Positions 25,578 to 40,300 of a stretch of DNA of 64,000 nt are shown one piece after another. Numbering within the stretch: the first letter of the stretch is position 1; each line of letters starts with the position of its first letter. The DNA is from Aphanothece sp. Lineage in GTDB: Bacteria > Cyanobacteriota > Cyanobacteriia > PCC-6307 > Cyanobiaceae. The notes beneath the pieces were generated by a model, which saw only the letters and a program-made list of their open reading frames with translations, was not told where the DNA came from and did no database searches. The stretch covers positions 388 to 64,387 of the forward strand of contig JBEIRX010000004.1 of assembly GCA_040375715.1 (NCBI GenBank), written 5' to 3'. The position numbers and the translations under genes were made by a program.

Positions 25578-28500
25578 TCAGTCTTCGTCGTAATCAGCAA
25601 CTCCCAGGGATTCGTAGGTCGGTCGGCTCGGCGTGCTGCGGCGCGGATTCACGTCCTGCATCAGATCCACCTCTTCGCCGGCATCGGTGTAGACAGCGAT
25701 ATCCAGGCCAAGAGACTGCAATTCGCGCATCAGCACCTTGAAGGATTCAGGGGTGCCTGGCCGGGGGATGGGCTTCCCTTTCACGATGGCGTTCAGGGCT
25801 TCATTCCGGCCCTGCATATCATCGGATTTCACCGTGAGCAACTCCTGCAGGGTGTAGGCGGCGCCATAGGCCTCCAATGCCCACACCTCCATCTCCCCGA
25901 GGCGCTGGCCGCCCTGCTGGGCCTTGCCGCCCAGGGGTTGCTGGGTGACGAGAGAGTAGGGGCCAGTGGAGCGGGCGTGGATCTTGTCGTCCACCAGGTG
26001 GACGAGCTTGAGGATGTGGGCGTAGCCAACAGTGACCGGCTGATCGAAGGGTTCGCCGCTGCGGCCATCGATCAACTGAATCTTGCCTGGATTCTCTGGG
26101 TCGTAGACCCAATCCTTGCCGGGCTGTTTCGCCGCTTCCTCCAGATAGGCCTGAACGGTCTGCTTGGACTTCTCCGCACCATGCATCTCGTCAAAGGGAA
26201 TCACCTTGACGCGACAGCCCAGGTGGGCGGAAGCCCATCCCATCAGGCACTCGAACACCTGGCCGACATTCATCCGGCTGGGCACACCCAGGGGATTGAG
26301 CACGATGTCGATCGGAGTGCCATCAGGCAGATAGGGCATGTCTTCCCGGGGAAGAATGCGGCTGATGATGCCCTTGTTGCCATGGCGACCGGCCATCTTG
26401 TCGCCCACCTGAATCTTGCGGCGCTGGGCCACGTACACCCGTACCACCATGTTGGCGCCAGGAGGGAGTTCATCTCCCTGCTCGCGGGTGTAAATGCGCA
26501 CATCCACAACCCGACCACGCTCGGTGCTGGGAACCCGAAGGGAATTATCTCTTACATCTCGTGCCTTCTCACCGAAGATGGCACGGAGCAGCTTTTCCTC
26601 CGGAGGCTGATCGGATTCACCCTTGGGTGTGACCTTGCCCACCAGGATGTCTCCGCTTTCGACATAGGCACCGATGCGGATGATGCCCATCTCATCAAGA
26701 TTCCGCAGACTCTCTTCAGCGACGTTGGGGATTTCCCTCGTGATCTCCTCAGGTCCCAGCTTGGTCTGCCGAGCCTCGATCTCATACTTTTCAATATGAA
26801 CTGAGGTATAGAGATCGTCGTGCACCAGACGCTCACTCACCAGAATGGCGTCTTCATATTTATAACCCTCCCAGGGCATGTAGGCGATCATCACGTTCTG
26901 ACCGAGGGCGATTTCCCCGCCCTCGCAGGCCGAGCCATTCGCCAGCACCTGTCCGGCAATCACGGGGTCTCCCTGCTTGACGATCGGCCGCTGATTGAGG
27001 CAGGTGTCCTGGTTGGATCGCTGATATTTCTGCAGATAGTGGGTGTGATCCACCCCCTCTTCGTCACGGATCACGATGGCCGTGGCATCCACGAAGGTGA
27101 CCGTTCCGTTCACCCGGGTAATCGGCACCATGCCGGAATCCCGCGCCACCTGGGTTTCCAGACCGGTTCCCACCAGGGGACGCTCCGGCCTAAGCAGGGG
27201 CACAGCCTGGCGCTGCATATTGGATCCCATCAGGGCCCGGTTGGCATCGTCGTGCTCGAGGAAGGGGATCAGGGAGGTGGCCACGGAAATCACCTGTACA
27301 GGTGAGAGCTGCACGTAGTCCACCTGCTGGGGAGGCACCTTCTCGAAATCCTGCCGGTATCTCACGGGCACCAGATCAGAGGTGATCACGCCCTCGGCAT
27401 CGGTGGAGATATCCCCAGGAGCGATGCGGCATTCATCCTCCAGATCGGCGGAGAGATAAATGGGCTCGCCTCTCTTGATCACCACCCCGTTCTCCACTTT
27501 CCAGAACGGGGTTTCGATGAAGCCATACTCATTCACCCGGGCGTGGGTAGCCAGGGATCCGATCAGACCGGCGTTGGGTCCCTCCGGGGTTTCGATCGGG
27601 CAGATGCGCCCGTAGTGAGACGGGTGGATATCGCGCACGGCAAACCCGGCTCGCTCCCGGGTGAGGCCCCCTGGGCCGAGGGCGCTGATCCGCCGTTTGT
27701 GGGTGAGCTCGGCGAGGGGATTGGTCTGATCCATGAACTGGCTCAGCTGGCTGGAGCCGAAGAACTCCTTGATCGCCGCCACCAAAGGCTTGGGGTTCAC
27801 CAGTTGGGCCGGAGTGAGGGAATCGGTCTCCCCAACGGTCATCCGTTCCTTGATGATGCGCTCCAAGCGATTCAGACCGACCCTGACCTGGTTCTGCAGA
27901 AGCTCACCGACTGAGCGCACGCGGCGGTTGCCCAGATGGTCGATGTCATCGAGGCTGGCGCCCCCCACATCCAGCTCCAGATTGATCAGGTAATCGATCG
28001 TGGAGAGCACGTCCTCGGGAGTAAGGGTGCGGACCGCATCGGGAATCGTCAGGCGCAGTTTCTTGTTGATTTTGTAACGACCAACCCGTCCCAGGTCGTA
28101 GCGCTGGGGGTCAAAGAAGCGGCTGTGCAGCAGTTGCTGGCCGCCACTCACGGAAGGGGGCTCACCCGGGCGCAACTTTTTGTAGAGCTCCAGCAGAGCT
28201 TGATCCTCTGAGGAAATGCCTTCATCGTTGGCGGCGGCAATCGACTTCTGGTAATACTCAGGGTGCCGGAGTTTATCCAGGACATCATTATCAGAAAGAC
28301 CGATGGCCCGCATCAGCACATGGGCATTGATCTTGCGCGTTTTATCAACCCTGACATGCAGCAGATCATTTTTATCGGTTTCAAACTTCAACCAGGCTCC
28401 CCGGTTCGGGATCAGACTGGCGTTAAAGGTCTTGCGGCCGTTCTTATCCTGCTCATCCTTGAAGTAAACACCTGGTGAGCGCACGATCTGATTGACGATC

Positions 28501-28868
28501 ACTCGCTCAGCACCATTGATGATAAACGTGCCCCGTTCGGTCATCAACGGGAGTTCGCCGATGAACACCTCCTGTTCCTTGATTTCCCCGGTTTCCTTGT
28601 TCACCAACCGGCAGGTGACATACATCTGGGAGGCAAAGGTGGCATCCCGGCGCTTGGCCTCCTCCACATCATGGCGGGGACGCTTCAGGCGATATTCATC
28701 CCCAATGAAATGGAGTTCCAGCTTGCCGGTGTAATCGGTGATCGGTGAGAAGCTGTCAAGCTCCTCAATCAGACCCTTTTCCAGGAACCACTTGAAACTT
28801 GCCCGCTGCACCTCCACCAGATCGGGGAGATAGGTGACGGTCTTGGCGACCTGGATCGCGCTGCTCAT
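25578..28868 (-). CDS. rpoB: RNA polymerase beta subunit
   Basis: [51 protein letters not shown]. Confidence 0.99.
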   Translation of the reverse strand: MSSAIQVAKTVTYLPDLVEVQRASFKWFLEKGLIEELDSFSPITDYTGKLELHFIGDEYRLKRPRHDVEEAKRRDATFASQMYVTCRLVNKETGEIKEQEVFIGELPLMTERGTFIINGAERVIVNQIVRSPGVYFKDEQDKNGRKTFNASLIPNRGAWLKFETDKNDLLHVRVDKTRKINAHVLMRAIGLSDNDVLDKLRHPEYYQKSIAAANDEGISSEDQALLELYKKLRPGEPPSVSGGQQLLHSRFFDPQRYDLGRVGRYKINKKLRLTIPDAVRTLTPEDVLSTIDYLINLELDVGGASLDDIDHLGNRRVRSVGELLQNQVRVGLNRLERIIKERMTVGETDSLTPAQLVNPKPLVAAIKEFFGSSQLSQFMDQTNPLAELTHKRRISALGPGGLTRERAGFAVRDIHPSHYGRICPIETPEGPNAGLIGSLATHARVNEYGFIETPFWKVENGVVIKRGEPIYLSADLEDECRIAPGDISTDAEGVITSDLVPVRYRQDFEKVPPQQVDYVQLSPVQVISVATSLIPFLEHDDANRALMGSNMQRQAVPLLRPERPLVGTGLETQVARDSGMVPITRVNGTVTFVDATAIVIRDEEGVDHTHYLQKYQRSNQDTCLNQRPIVKQGDPVIAGQVLANGSACEGGEIALGQNVMIAYMPWEGYKYEDAILVSERLVHDDLYTSVHIEKYEIEARQTKLGPEEITREIPNVAEESLRNLDEMGIIRIGAYVESGDILVGKVTPKGESDQPPEEKLLRAIFGEKARDVRDNSLRVPSTERGRVVDVRIYTREQGDELPPGANMVVRVYVAQRRKIQVGDKMAGRHGNKGIISRILPREDMPYLPDGTPIDIVLNPLGVPSRMNVGQVFECLMGWASAHLGCRVKVIPFDEMHGAEKSKQTVQAYLEEAAKQPGKDWVYDPENPGKIQLIDGRSGEPFDQPVTVGYAHILKLVHLVDDKIHARSTGPYSLVTQQPLGGKAQQGGQRLGEMEVWALEAYGAAYTLQELLTVKSDDMQGRNEALNAIVKGKPIPRPGTPESFKVLMRELQSLGLDIAVYTDAGEEVDLMQDVNPRRSTPSRPTYESLGVADYDED

Positions 28869-29041
28869 GCGGAAACCTGAAGACAGGAGGACGAAAAAGA
28901 GCCGGGGAGATCAAAGGGATCGGGGGCATCCCTGAACGTGGACAGGCAAAACCCCACCTCCCCGGAAGGATGGTGCAGGGCCACTCACCTCAAGGGGAGG
29001 GCCCCCACAGGCACTCGTGCTCAGACCACTGGACCTCACCG

Positions 29042-29068
29042 ATCGTTGAAGCCATCGTTGAAGCCATC
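29042..29068. repeat. 12-bp tandem repeat (ATCGTTGAAGCC x2 plus ATC) upstream of rpoB
   Basis: Read directly from the sequence. Confidence 0.8.
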
Positions 29069-29140
29069 ACCGTGGGAGGGATCACCAAGGAAGCCAACAC
29101 CGAGGAGAAGGGGCGCTGCCGCCACTGGGCCAATTAGACA

Positions 29141-29950
29141 TCATACAGTGTGAAGGTCGAGTCGAAACAGGCGCGAAGCGTTGGCTGTGCTGGTAAGGGC
29201 CACCTCCTCCAGGCTTTCGCCCCGCAGATCCGCCACTTTCGCCGCCACAGCTGCAACATTCGCCGGTTCATTGCGCTTGCCGCGGCGGGGCGCCGGGGAG
29301 AGGAAGGGGCAATCGGTCTCCACCATGTAGCGATCCGCGGGGACCTGCCTGGCACAGGCCTGGATGCTCTCCGCCTTGTTGAAGGTGACCGTGCCGCTGA
29401 AGCTGATGTGAAAGCCAAGCTCCAGGAAGGCCTCCATTTCCTCAGGGGTGCCCCCCCAGCAATGCATCACTCCGGTAGGACAGGTGCCCAGGGACGCTCT
29501 TGCGCGGAACACCTCCAGCATCGGAGCAGCCGCGTCACGGCAGTGCACGATCACTGGAAGGCCGAGGTCCGAGGCCAGATCCAGCTGGGGCAGCAAAGCG
29601 GCGAGCTGATCATCCAGGGTCTTCTCCCGGTAGAGATCGAGGCCCAATTCGCCCACGGCCACAACCCGGGGATCCGCCAGGGCCGCTTCCCGCAGAACCC
29701 CGGCCGTTGTGGGCTCCCACTTGCCGGCATCCAGGGGATGCACTCCCACCGCATAGCGAAGCTCCGGCAACAAATCGGCCAGTTGGCGAATGGCCGGAAT
29801 TTCCGAAGGCTCCACGCAAGCATGCACCAGGGCCGTCACTCCGGCCTCCCGCCAGCGGGAGACCACATCCTCGAGATCCCCTTCAAACTGCCGGAAAACC
29901 AAGTGGCAATGGCTGTCCACCAGCGGGGCCCTTGTGGCTGTGGTGGTCAT
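29141..29950 (-). CDS. tatD: TatD-family hydrolase
   Basis: DSHCH, VGVHP, GELGLD, HCRDA, ETDCPFL, NEPA. Confidence 0.93.
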   Translation of the reverse strand: MTTTATRAPLVDSHCHLVFRQFEGDLEDVVSRWREAGVTALVHACVEPSEIPAIRQLADLLPELRYAVGVHPLDAGKWEPTTAGVLREAALADPRVVAVGELGLDLYREKTLDDQLAALLPQLDLASDLGLPVIVHCRDAAAPMLEVFRARASLGTCPTGVMHCWGGTPEEMEAFLELGFHISFSGTVTFNKAESIQACARQVPADRYMVETDCPFLSPAPRRGKRNEPANVAAVAAKVADLRGESLEEVALTSTANASRLFRLDLHTV

Positions 29951-29969
29951 CGAAGGGCTCCGCAGACCC

Positions 29970-30317
<348 letters not shown>

Positions 30318-30392
30318 TTAGCTCACCTACTCCCTAGGTGGTCAGACCTTCCGCGGGAAGCCCTAGCCTGAATCCCACCGAGCGAACCATCT

Positions 30393-31700
30393 TTGGCTGC
30401 CTCCGCCACAGCCCCCCTCCCCTGCCTGCGGGACTCCGACGGCGCGGCCGCCCGTCTTGCCCAGATCGCTGCCCGCACCGAGGGGGCGCAGATGCGACAG
30501 GAAGAGGAGAGGGTAACCCAGCTGCTCGAACAGGTCCGGGTGGAAGGCGACGCCGCCCTGCTCAGGCTCAGTGAAACCTTCGATGGGGTGCGTCCCGATC
30601 CCCTCAGGGTGCCGCAAGCCAGACTTCAACAGGCCTGGGAAGGGTTGCCAAGCGCTCTGCAGCAGGCCCTCACCCTCGCTCACGGGCGCATCCTCACGTT
30701 CCACAGGCAGCAGCGGCCTGCGGATCTGGCCATCCATGGCCCCCACGGCGAACGGCTGGGTCGCCGCTGGCGCGCGGTGGACAGAGCTGGGCTGTACGTG
30801 CCGGGCGGGCGGGCCGCCTACCCGAGCACGGTGTTGATGAACGCCGTACCAGCCCTGGTGGCCGGGGTGGAGCGGGTGGTGATGGTGACCCCCCCAGGGC
30901 GGGATGGGGAGCCCAACCCCACTGTGCTGGCCGCCGCCCACCTGGCGGGAGTGCAGGAGGTGTATCGCGTTGGGGGAGCCCAGGCGATCGGCGCCCTGGC
31001 CTTCGGCACCGAAACGATTCCCCGGGTGGATGTGATCAGCGGTCCGGGCAATCTCTGGGTCACGCTGGCGAAGAAGGCGGTGTACGGCCGGGTGGGGATC
31101 GACTCCCTGGCAGGCCCCAGCGAGGTGCTGGTGATCGCCGACCACACCGCCCGCCCCGAACAGGTGGCCGCTGATCTGATGGCCCAGGCCGAGCACGACC
31201 CCCTGGCGGCCGCGATCCTGATCACCACCAGTGAGCAACTTGCCAACGCGGTTCCCCTGGCCATTGAGGCGCAGCTCAAGGATCACCCTCGCGCCGCCAT
31301 CGTGCGCCAGGCCCTGGCCGACTGGGGCCTGATCGTGGTGTGCGGCGATCTGGGGGCAGCGGCACGCCTGAGCGACACCTTCGCTCCGGAACATCTGGAA
31401 CTGCTCGTGGAGGACCCCGAACCCCTCGCGGATCGGATCCGCCACGCGGGTGCGATCTTTCTGGGCCCCTTCAGCCCGGAAGCCGTGGGGGATTACCTGG
31501 CCGGCCCGAACCACACTCTGCCCACCTGCGGCACGGCGCGCTTCTCCGGCGCCCTGAGTGTGGAGACCTTTCTGCGCCACACCAGCCTGATCGGCTTCAA
31601 CCGTGAGGCCCTGGAGGCCACCGGTGAGGCCGTGATGGAGCTAGCCCGAAGCGAGGGGTTGCACAGCCACGCCGAATCTGTGCGCTTGCGGCTGGGCTGA
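30393..31700 (+). CDS. hisD: Histidinol dehydrogenase
   Basis: GLYVPGG, GPGN.WV, AGPSE, AQAEHD, APEHLE, GDYLAGPNHTLPT. Confidence 0.97.
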   Translation: MAASATAPLPCLRDSDGAAARLAQIAARTEGAQMRQEEERVTQLLEQVRVEGDAALLRLSETFDGVRPDPLRVPQARLQQAWEGLPSALQQALTLAHGRILTFHRQQRPADLAIHGPHGERLGRRWRAVDRAGLYVPGGRAAYPSTVLMNAVPALVAGVERVVMVTPPGRDGEPNPTVLAAAHLAGVQEVYRVGGAQAIGALAFGTETIPRVDVISGPGNLWVTLAKKAVYGRVGIDSLAGPSEVLVIADHTARPEQVAADLMAQAEHDPLAAAILITTSEQLANAVPLAIEAQLKDHPRAAIVRQALADWGLIVVCGDLGAAARLSDTFAPEHLELLVEDPEPLADRIRHAGAIFLGPFSPEAVGDYLAGPNHTLPTCGTARFSGALSVETFLRHTSLIGFNREALEATGEAVMELARSEGLHSHAESVRLRLG

Positions 31701-31716
31701 TTCGCTCTGGTCGGGT

Positions 31717-32430
31717 TCAGTCCTTCGCCATCTCGCGCACGGAGGCCACCCCATCCACAATCTCCCCCACCAGCACCTGGTCGGTGAGGTTCACGAAGAG
31801 CCCGTTCTCGAGCACCCCGGGGAGGTTGTTGATCTCCTTCTCCAGGCTCACAGGATCGGCGATGCCACCGGCAAATGTCACATCCAGCACCAGGTTGCCC
31901 TGATCAGTCACAACGGGTCCGGCCTTGCGCACCGCCATGCGCAGCTCGGCTACGCCCCCCATCTCCCCAAGCTGCCCCTTCACCTGGCGCCAGGCCCCTG
32001 GCAGCACCTCCACCGGCAGGAGAAAGCCCAGATTGAGCCGGTCCACGAGCTTGGTCGCATCCACCACCACCACAAACCGATCGGCCCGCCGAGCTACCAG
32101 CTTCTCCTGCACATGGCAGGCCCCACCCCCCTTGATCAGCTGGAGGGCGGGGTCCACCTCATCGGCCCCATCGATGGCCAGATCAATGCGCTGAATAGCG
32201 TTCAGGCTCTGCAGGGGGATGCCCAGCTCGGCTGCGAGCACCTCCCCCTGAAACGAGGTGGTGACCCCGGTGATCTCCCGGAGCTCACCCCGCTTCAGCT
32301 TCGCCCCCAGCTCCTGGATCATCAGGGCCGCCGTGGATCCGGATCCCAGGCCCAGAACCATGCCGTCGCGGATCTGGGCCACGGCAGCGGCGGCCACGGC
32401 CTGCTTCATCTGGGTCTGCAGATCCAACAT
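31717..32430 (-). CDS. rpiA: Ribose-5-phosphate isomerase A
   Basis: [26 protein letters not shown]. Confidence 0.97.
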   Translation of the reverse strand: MLDLQTQMKQAVAAAAVAQIRDGMVLGLGSGSTAALMIQELGAKLKRGELREITGVTTSFQGEVLAAELGIPLQSLNAIQRIDLAIDGADEVDPALQLIKGGGACHVQEKLVARRADRFVVVVDATKLVDRLNLGFLLPVEVLPGAWRQVKGQLGEMGGVAELRMAVRKAGPVVTDQGNLVLDVTFAGGIADPVSLEKEINNLPGVLENGLFVNLTDQVLVGEIVDGVASVREMAKD

Positions 32431-32476
32431 GGCAAGGAGCGGAGGTTTGGGGCGCGAACGTAGCAAAGCGATGGGC

Positions 32477-34562
<2,086 letters not shown>

Positions 34563-34629
34563 CAGATCTGAAGATCTTTCCTTCAACACGCTTGTTTCAC
34601 CTTAAGTTTCTCCGAGCGATGGGCCGTCC

Positions 34630-34926
34630 ATGTCCACAATCCCTCCTGGTCTGCGGCGGCGCTGCAACCTGTGCACAGTGGAAATCCAGGGCATGGCGGG
34701 GGGAGCGGATCTGGTGTACTTCAGCCAGGGGGCACCGGGCACCCGGGCCAAGCTCTGGGCCCGGGTGTGTCAATACCTGCGCACGCCGGAGCAATGCTCC
34801 CAATGCATCAACCAGGACCCCAACCTACGGGGGGAGGTGAGCAGCAGCGACTTCTACGCCGAAGCACCGGTTTTCGACTTTTCCACCGCCCCTAGCGGGG
34901 CCGGCGACCAGACGGGCGCCCCCTAG
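34630..34926 (+). CDS. Conserved hypothetical protein with paired cysteines
   Basis: C..C.VEI...D.V.FS.G.PGTRAKLWARVCQY...CIN pattern. Confidence 0.7.
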   Translation: MSTIPPGLRRRCNLCTVEIQGMAGGADLVYFSQGAPGTRAKLWARVCQYLRTPEQCSQCINQDPNLRGEVSSSDFYAEAPVFDFSTAPSGAGDQTGAP

Positions 34927-35053
34927 CTGGAGGGGGCATCCCTTAGGGTGGTGAAGTGTCCGCCGGACACGACCCTGTCATGAATGCTGTTCTGGCATTC
35001 CTGGCCTCAGGGACGATTCCAATCCTGGATCCGGCGGCTCCCGCCGCAGACCC

Positions 35054-35552
35054 GTGCTTGGCCCATCCCCTGATTCCCCCCATCACTGCGCTGGCCCGTC
35101 AGGTGGCAAGTTCGGCCGGACTGTCGGTGAAGTCCACCGGACTCTCTGTCAAAGAGGTCCATCTGCTCACCCACCACATCCCGATGACGGTGCAGGTGAT
35201 GGTGGAGCGCACCGATGGTGGCGATGTCACGCTGGAGGACTGCGCGGCCCTCAGCGCCCCCCTCGGAGAGGCCCTTGAGGAGGCCGGTCTTCTGGAATCG
35301 GCCTACGTGCTTGAGGTGAGCAGTCCCGGCCTGGGCGATCTCCTTGAGACCGACCGGGACTTCTCCAGCTTCCGCGGCTTTCCTGTGGACGTCAGGCTCC
35401 AGCCTGAGGGGGCGGCAGGCGCGACCAGCAGGAGCGGCCTGCTCCTGGAACGCACGGAGGAGGCGATCGCTATCAACGTGCGGGGTCGCACCCTCAAGCT
35501 CCCCCGTGATGCCGTGCTTGAGGTTCGTTTGAGTGCCAGCGAGGACGCCTAA
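35054..35552 (+). CDS. rimP: Ribosome maturation factor RimP (start approximate)
   Basis: DVTLEDCA, YVLEVSSPGL, F..FRGFPV; upstream of nusA. Confidence 0.9.
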
Positions 35553-35597
35553 ACCCGATCTGCTTTCTTTTCCTTTTCACCCTCTCCCATCCATGCC

Positions 35598-36959
35598 ATG
35601 GCCCTTGTTCTGCTCCCAGGCCTGAACAACCTGATCGAAGACATCAGCGAGGAGAAGAAGCTCCCGCCACAGGTGGTTGATGCGGCGCTGCGCGAGGCTC
35701 TGCTGAAGGGATATGAGCGCTATCGCCGCACGCTGTATCTGGGCATCAGCGAAGATCCTTTCGATGAAGAATATTTCTCCAACTTCGATGTTGCGCTCGA
35801 CCTCGAGGAAGAGGGCTATCGGGTGCTCGCCAGCAAGATCATCGTGGATGAGGTGGAAAGCGAAGACCACCAGATCGCGATTGAAGAGGTGCTGCAAGTG
35901 GCGGAAGATGCCCAGATTGGCGACACGGTGGTTCTGGATGTCACCCCTGAGAAAGAGGATTTCGGCCGCATGGCCGCTGCCACCACCAAACAGGTGCTCG
36001 CCCAGAAACTGCGCGATCAGCAGCGCCGGATGATCCAAGAGGAGTTTGCCGATCTGGAGGACCCCGTGCTCACAGCCCGGGTGATCCGCTTCGAGCGACA
36101 GAGTGTGATCATGGCCGTGAGCAGCGGCCTGGGCCGTCCGGAAGTGGAAGCGGAGTTGCCGCGCCGGGATCAGCTGCCCAATGACAACTACCGCGCCAAC
36201 GCCACCTTCAAGGTGTTTCTCAAGGAAGTGAGCGAGGTTCCCCGCCGGGGACCCCAGCTGTTCGTGAGCCGGGCCAATGCCGGGCTGGTGGTGTATCTCT
36301 TCGAAAACGAGGTGCCCGAGATCCAGGAGGGATCGGTGCGCATCGTGGCCGTAGCACGGGAGGCGAATCCGCCCAGCCGTTCGGTGGGCCCCCGCACCAA
36401 GGTGGCCGTGGACAGCGTGGAGCGGGAGGTGGATCCCGTCGGGGCCTGCATCGGCGCCCGGGGCTCCCGGATCCAGCAGGTGGTGAATGAACTGCGGGGG
36501 GAGAAGATCGATGTGATCCGCTGGTCAGCCGATCCAGGCCAGTACATCGCCAACTCCCTCAGCCCGGCCCGGGTGGAGATGGTGCGACTGGTGGATCCAG
36601 AGGGGCATCATGCCCACGTGCTGGTGCCCCCGGATCAACTCAGCCTGGCGATCGGCAGGGAGGGCCAGAATGTGCGCCTGGCGGCCCGTCTGACGGGCTG
36701 GAAGATCGACATCAAGAACGCCCAGGAGTACGACCAGAGCAAGGAGGACGAGACCGTGGCCGTGCAGATCGCCCAGCGGCAGGACGATGAAGCACAGCAG
36801 GCGGAAGCCGAGGCCCGTCTGGCGGCCGAGCAGGCTGCCAGAGCCGAGGAGGATGCCCGTCTGCGGGAGTTGTATCCCCTGCCGGAGGATGAGGAGGAGG
36901 GCACCTACGGCGAGGAGGCCCCGGCCGACGATCTGCTGGCAGCGGCGGAGGAGCGGTGA
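35598..36959 (+). CDS. nusA: Transcription factor NusA
   Basis: FGRMAA, S1 and KH domains, DPVGACIGARGSRI, AIGREGQNVRLAARLTGWKIDI. Confidence 0.98.
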   Translation: MALVLLPGLNNLIEDISEEKKLPPQVVDAALREALLKGYERYRRTLYLGISEDPFDEEYFSNFDVALDLEEEGYRVLASKIIVDEVESEDHQIAIEEVLQVAEDAQIGDTVVLDVTPEKEDFGRMAAATTKQVLAQKLRDQQRRMIQEEFADLEDPVLTARVIRFERQSVIMAVSSGLGRPEVEAELPRRDQLPNDNYRANATFKVFLKEVSEVPRRGPQLFVSRANAGLVVYLFENEVPEIQEGSVRIVAVAREANPPSRSVGPRTKVAVDSVEREVDPVGACIGARGSRIQQVVNELRGEKIDVIRWSADPGQYIANSLSPARVEMVRLVDPEGHHAHVLVPPDQLSLAIGREGQNVRLAARLTGWKIDIKNAQEYDQSKEDETVAVQIAQRQDDEAQQAEAEARLAAEQAARAEEDARLRELYPLPEDEEEGTYGEEAPADDLLAAAEER

Positions 36960-37303
36960 TGCCTGCCCAGGGCAGGTCCGTGCTGCGGCGCTGTGTGGCC
37001 TGCCGCCAGCTCGTGGACAGAGAGCGGCTGTGGCGGGTGGTGCGCCTACCGGGGGGAACCCTGGCCATGGATGAGGGGATGGGCCGCTCGGCCTACCTTT
37101 GTCCCGAGCGCGGGTGTCTGGAGGAAGCCCGCCGGAAACGGAGGCTGCACCGTGCCCTGCGCTGCGCCGTGGATGAAGGCATCCTGCACAGCCTGGAACA
37201 ACGCCTCCCGGGGCAGCACCCACTGAGGCAAGATGACCAATGGCCCCAGCCTGGCTGCGGCCCGGTGGCAACTGTTGCCCCGCCCGATCGGAGACCTGAA
37301 TGA
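36959..37303 (+). CDS. ylxR: YlxR (DUF448) RNA-binding protein
   Basis: RRCVACR, GRSAYLC; between nusA and infB. Confidence 0.88.
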   Translation: MPAQGRSVLRRCVACRQLVDRERLWRVVRLPGGTLAMDEGMGRSAYLCPERGCLEEARRKRRLHRALRCAVDEGILHSLEQRLPGQHPLRQDDQWPQPGCGPVATVAPPDRRPE

Positions 37304-40300
37304 CCAGCAGCGGCAAGATGAGAATTTATGAGTTGTCACGGGACCTGGGTCTCGACAACAAGGACGTGCTTGACGCTGCCGAGAAGCTTGCGATCGCCGC
37401 ACGGAGCCACAGCAGCTCCATCAGTGATGAGGAGGCCTCCCGCATCCGCGCCCTGATTCAGGGGCAGGGCGCGCCCAGCGGCGGACCGACCTCCGCCAGT
37501 ACTTCTGCGCCGGCCGCACCCGGCAAGACCATTCTTTCCGTGAAGAAAGCTCCCAGCCAGCCCCCGGCTCCTGCCGCGGCGGCCCCCCGCTCGGCGGCCC
37601 GCCCTGCAGCACCGGCCAGCACACCCCCCTCCCCCCCTGCCGCCGCCGCGCCACCAGCACGCCCCGTGGCACCCCCTGCGCCCCGCCCCTCGCAGCTGGT
37701 ATCCACCAGTCCGGCGCCGAGCCCGAAACCCCAGCCGCAAGCCGCGGCCGTCACCCCTCCGCCGGCAAGGCCGATCGCTGCTCCCCCGGAGCCCACTGTT
37801 CCACGTCCCCAGGCGCCAGCTCCCGCCCGCCCATCAGCGCCTCCTCAGCGCCCTGCGGGCACCAGCACCCCACCACAGAGCACCCGGCCCGCCGCTCCAC
37901 CCCCGCCCACCAGGCCCCTGGCCGGTGCACCGGAACGCCCCAGCACCCCGCCGGCCAGGCCAGCTCCTGTTCCCGTGAACCGAAGCTCCCAACCCCCCCA
38001 GCGCCCGGTTCCGGGCGGGCGTCCACCGCAGCCATCCACCAGTCCGAGACCCGTCAAACCAGGCAGCCCACCCTCCGCCGGTGGCAAACCCCAGTTGGTG
38101 GGCCGTCCCCAGCCAGGTGGGTTGCCACCCCAGAGCGGCAGTGGCCGACCGGCCCCTCCCTCCCCCCGTCCGCAACGACCGGGAGCCCCGGCACCCATCC
38201 GCCAGGGAAGTCGCCCGCCCGGCCCACCGGGCCGCCCCGGTGGTGGCCCCACCCGCGGCAGCACCCCGCTCGAACTCTTCGGTAAGCCCATCAGACGGGA
38301 TGGCACCGGCGGCGCCTCCACCCCCGGTGAACCGCCGCGCCCGGGTGCTCCCACCCGTCCAGGACGGCCCACGGGCATGCGCAAGCCCATGGCTCCCGGG
38401 GAGCTGATGCAGCTGCAGAAACCCAGCGGTCGCCCCACAGCTCCCCCACCCCGACGTCCGGATCGCACCGCCGAGGGAAGCAAACCAGAGGGGGAGGAGG
38501 GCCTCGTGACCCCCACCGCCACTCCACCGGCTCCCCGTCGACCGGGGTTCAAGCCACCCCAACCGGCCGGCCCAACCCGGGCCCGGCGGCCCGACTGGGA
38601 CGACAGCGCGAAGCTGGAAGCCCTGCGCAGCCGCACGCCCCAGAAGCAGCGCCAGAAGGTGCACATCATCGGGGAGAACGACGATGCTCTCACCGCCGAA
38701 ACCGGCGGCTACGCCGGGGAACAGGAGGCGATTCTGCTGCAGGCCAGCCTGGCCAGGCCTGCAAAACCCCGTGCCGCCGCTGGCGCACCCAAACCCAGCG
38801 TGGCGGTACGGAAGCGCAAGAAGGAAACCACCCGCCAGCGGCAGCGCAGGCGGGCCATGGAGCTGCGGGCCGCCCGGGAGGCCAAGGCCCAGCGGCCCGA
38901 GATGCTCGTGGTGCCGGACGGGAACCTGACAGTTCAGGAGCTCGCGGACAAGCTGGGTGTGGAGAGCTCGGAGATCATCAAGAGCCTCTTCTTCAAGGGC
39001 ATCATCGCCACCGTCACCCAGACGCTGGATCTGCCCACCATCGAGACGGTGTCCGACGAGTTCGGCGTCCCCGTGCTCGAGGACGACGTGCAGGCCGCGG
39101 CCGCCAAGACCGTGGAGATGATCGAAGAGAGCGATCTGCAACACCTCATCCGCCGCCCACCGGTGGTCACAGTGATGGGCCACGTCGACCACGGCAAGAC
39201 GAGCCTGCTCGACGCCATCCGCAAGACCAGGGTGGCGGCTGGAGAGGCCGGAGGCATCACCCAGCACATCGGTGCCTACCAGGTGGATGTGCCCCACGCC
39301 GGCGAGCTGCGGAAGATCACCTTCCTCGATACGCCGGGACACGAGGCCTTCACCGCCATGCGTGCCCGGGGCACCAAGGTGACCGACGTTGCCGTGCTCG
39401 TGGTGGCCGCCGATGATGGTGTGCGTCCCCAGACCCTGGAGGCGATCAGCCATGCCCGGGCGGCCGAGGTGCCGATCGTGGTGGCCATCAACAAGATCGA
39501 TAAGGAAGGGGCCTCACCGGATCGGGTGAAGCAGGAACTCTCCGGCCACGAACTGGTGGCGGAGGACTGGGGAGGCAGCACGGTGATGGTGCCGGTGAGC
39601 GCCATCAAGGGCGACAACATCGATCAGCTCCTGGAGATGATCCTGCTGGTCTCCGAGGTGGAGGATCTGCAGGCCAACCCGGATCGCATGGCACGGGGCA
39701 CCGTGATCGAAGCCCACCTCGACAAGGCGAAGGGTCCGGTGGCCACCCTTCTGATCCAGAACGGCACCCTGCGCAACGGGGATGTGCTGGCGGCAGGCCC
39801 GGTGCTCGGCAAGGTGCGGGCCATGGTGGATGACTCCGGCAAGCGGGTGAAGGTGGCTGGCCCCTCCACGCCGGTGGAAGCCCTCGGCTTCAGCGAAGTG
39901 CCCACCGCAGGCGATGAATTTGAGGTGTATGTCGATGAGAAGAGCGCCCGGGCCGTCGTGGGCGATCGTGCCACCGAAGCCCGCGCCAGCCGTCTGGCCC
40001 AGCAGATGGCCTCCCGAAGGGTGTCGCTTGCCTCCATGTCCGGACAGGCCAGCGAAGGGGAGCTCAAGGAGCTCAACATCATCCTCAAGGCCGATGTGCA
40101 GGGCAGTGTGGAGGCGATCCTCGGTTCCCTTGAACAGCTGCCCCAGGAGGAGGTGCAGGTGCGGGTGCTCCTCTCCGCCCCTGGCGAGATCACGGAAACG
40201 GATGTGGACCTGGCAGCCGCTTCCGGGGCGGTGATCGTGGGCTTCAACACCTCCATGGCCCCAGGAGCCAAGCGGGCGGCCGACGCCACAGGGGTGGACG

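Noticed and set aside
37450-38600. Long C-rich, Pro/Ala/Arg repetitive stretch
   Set aside because: This is the normal disordered N-terminal linker of picocyanobacterial IF2.
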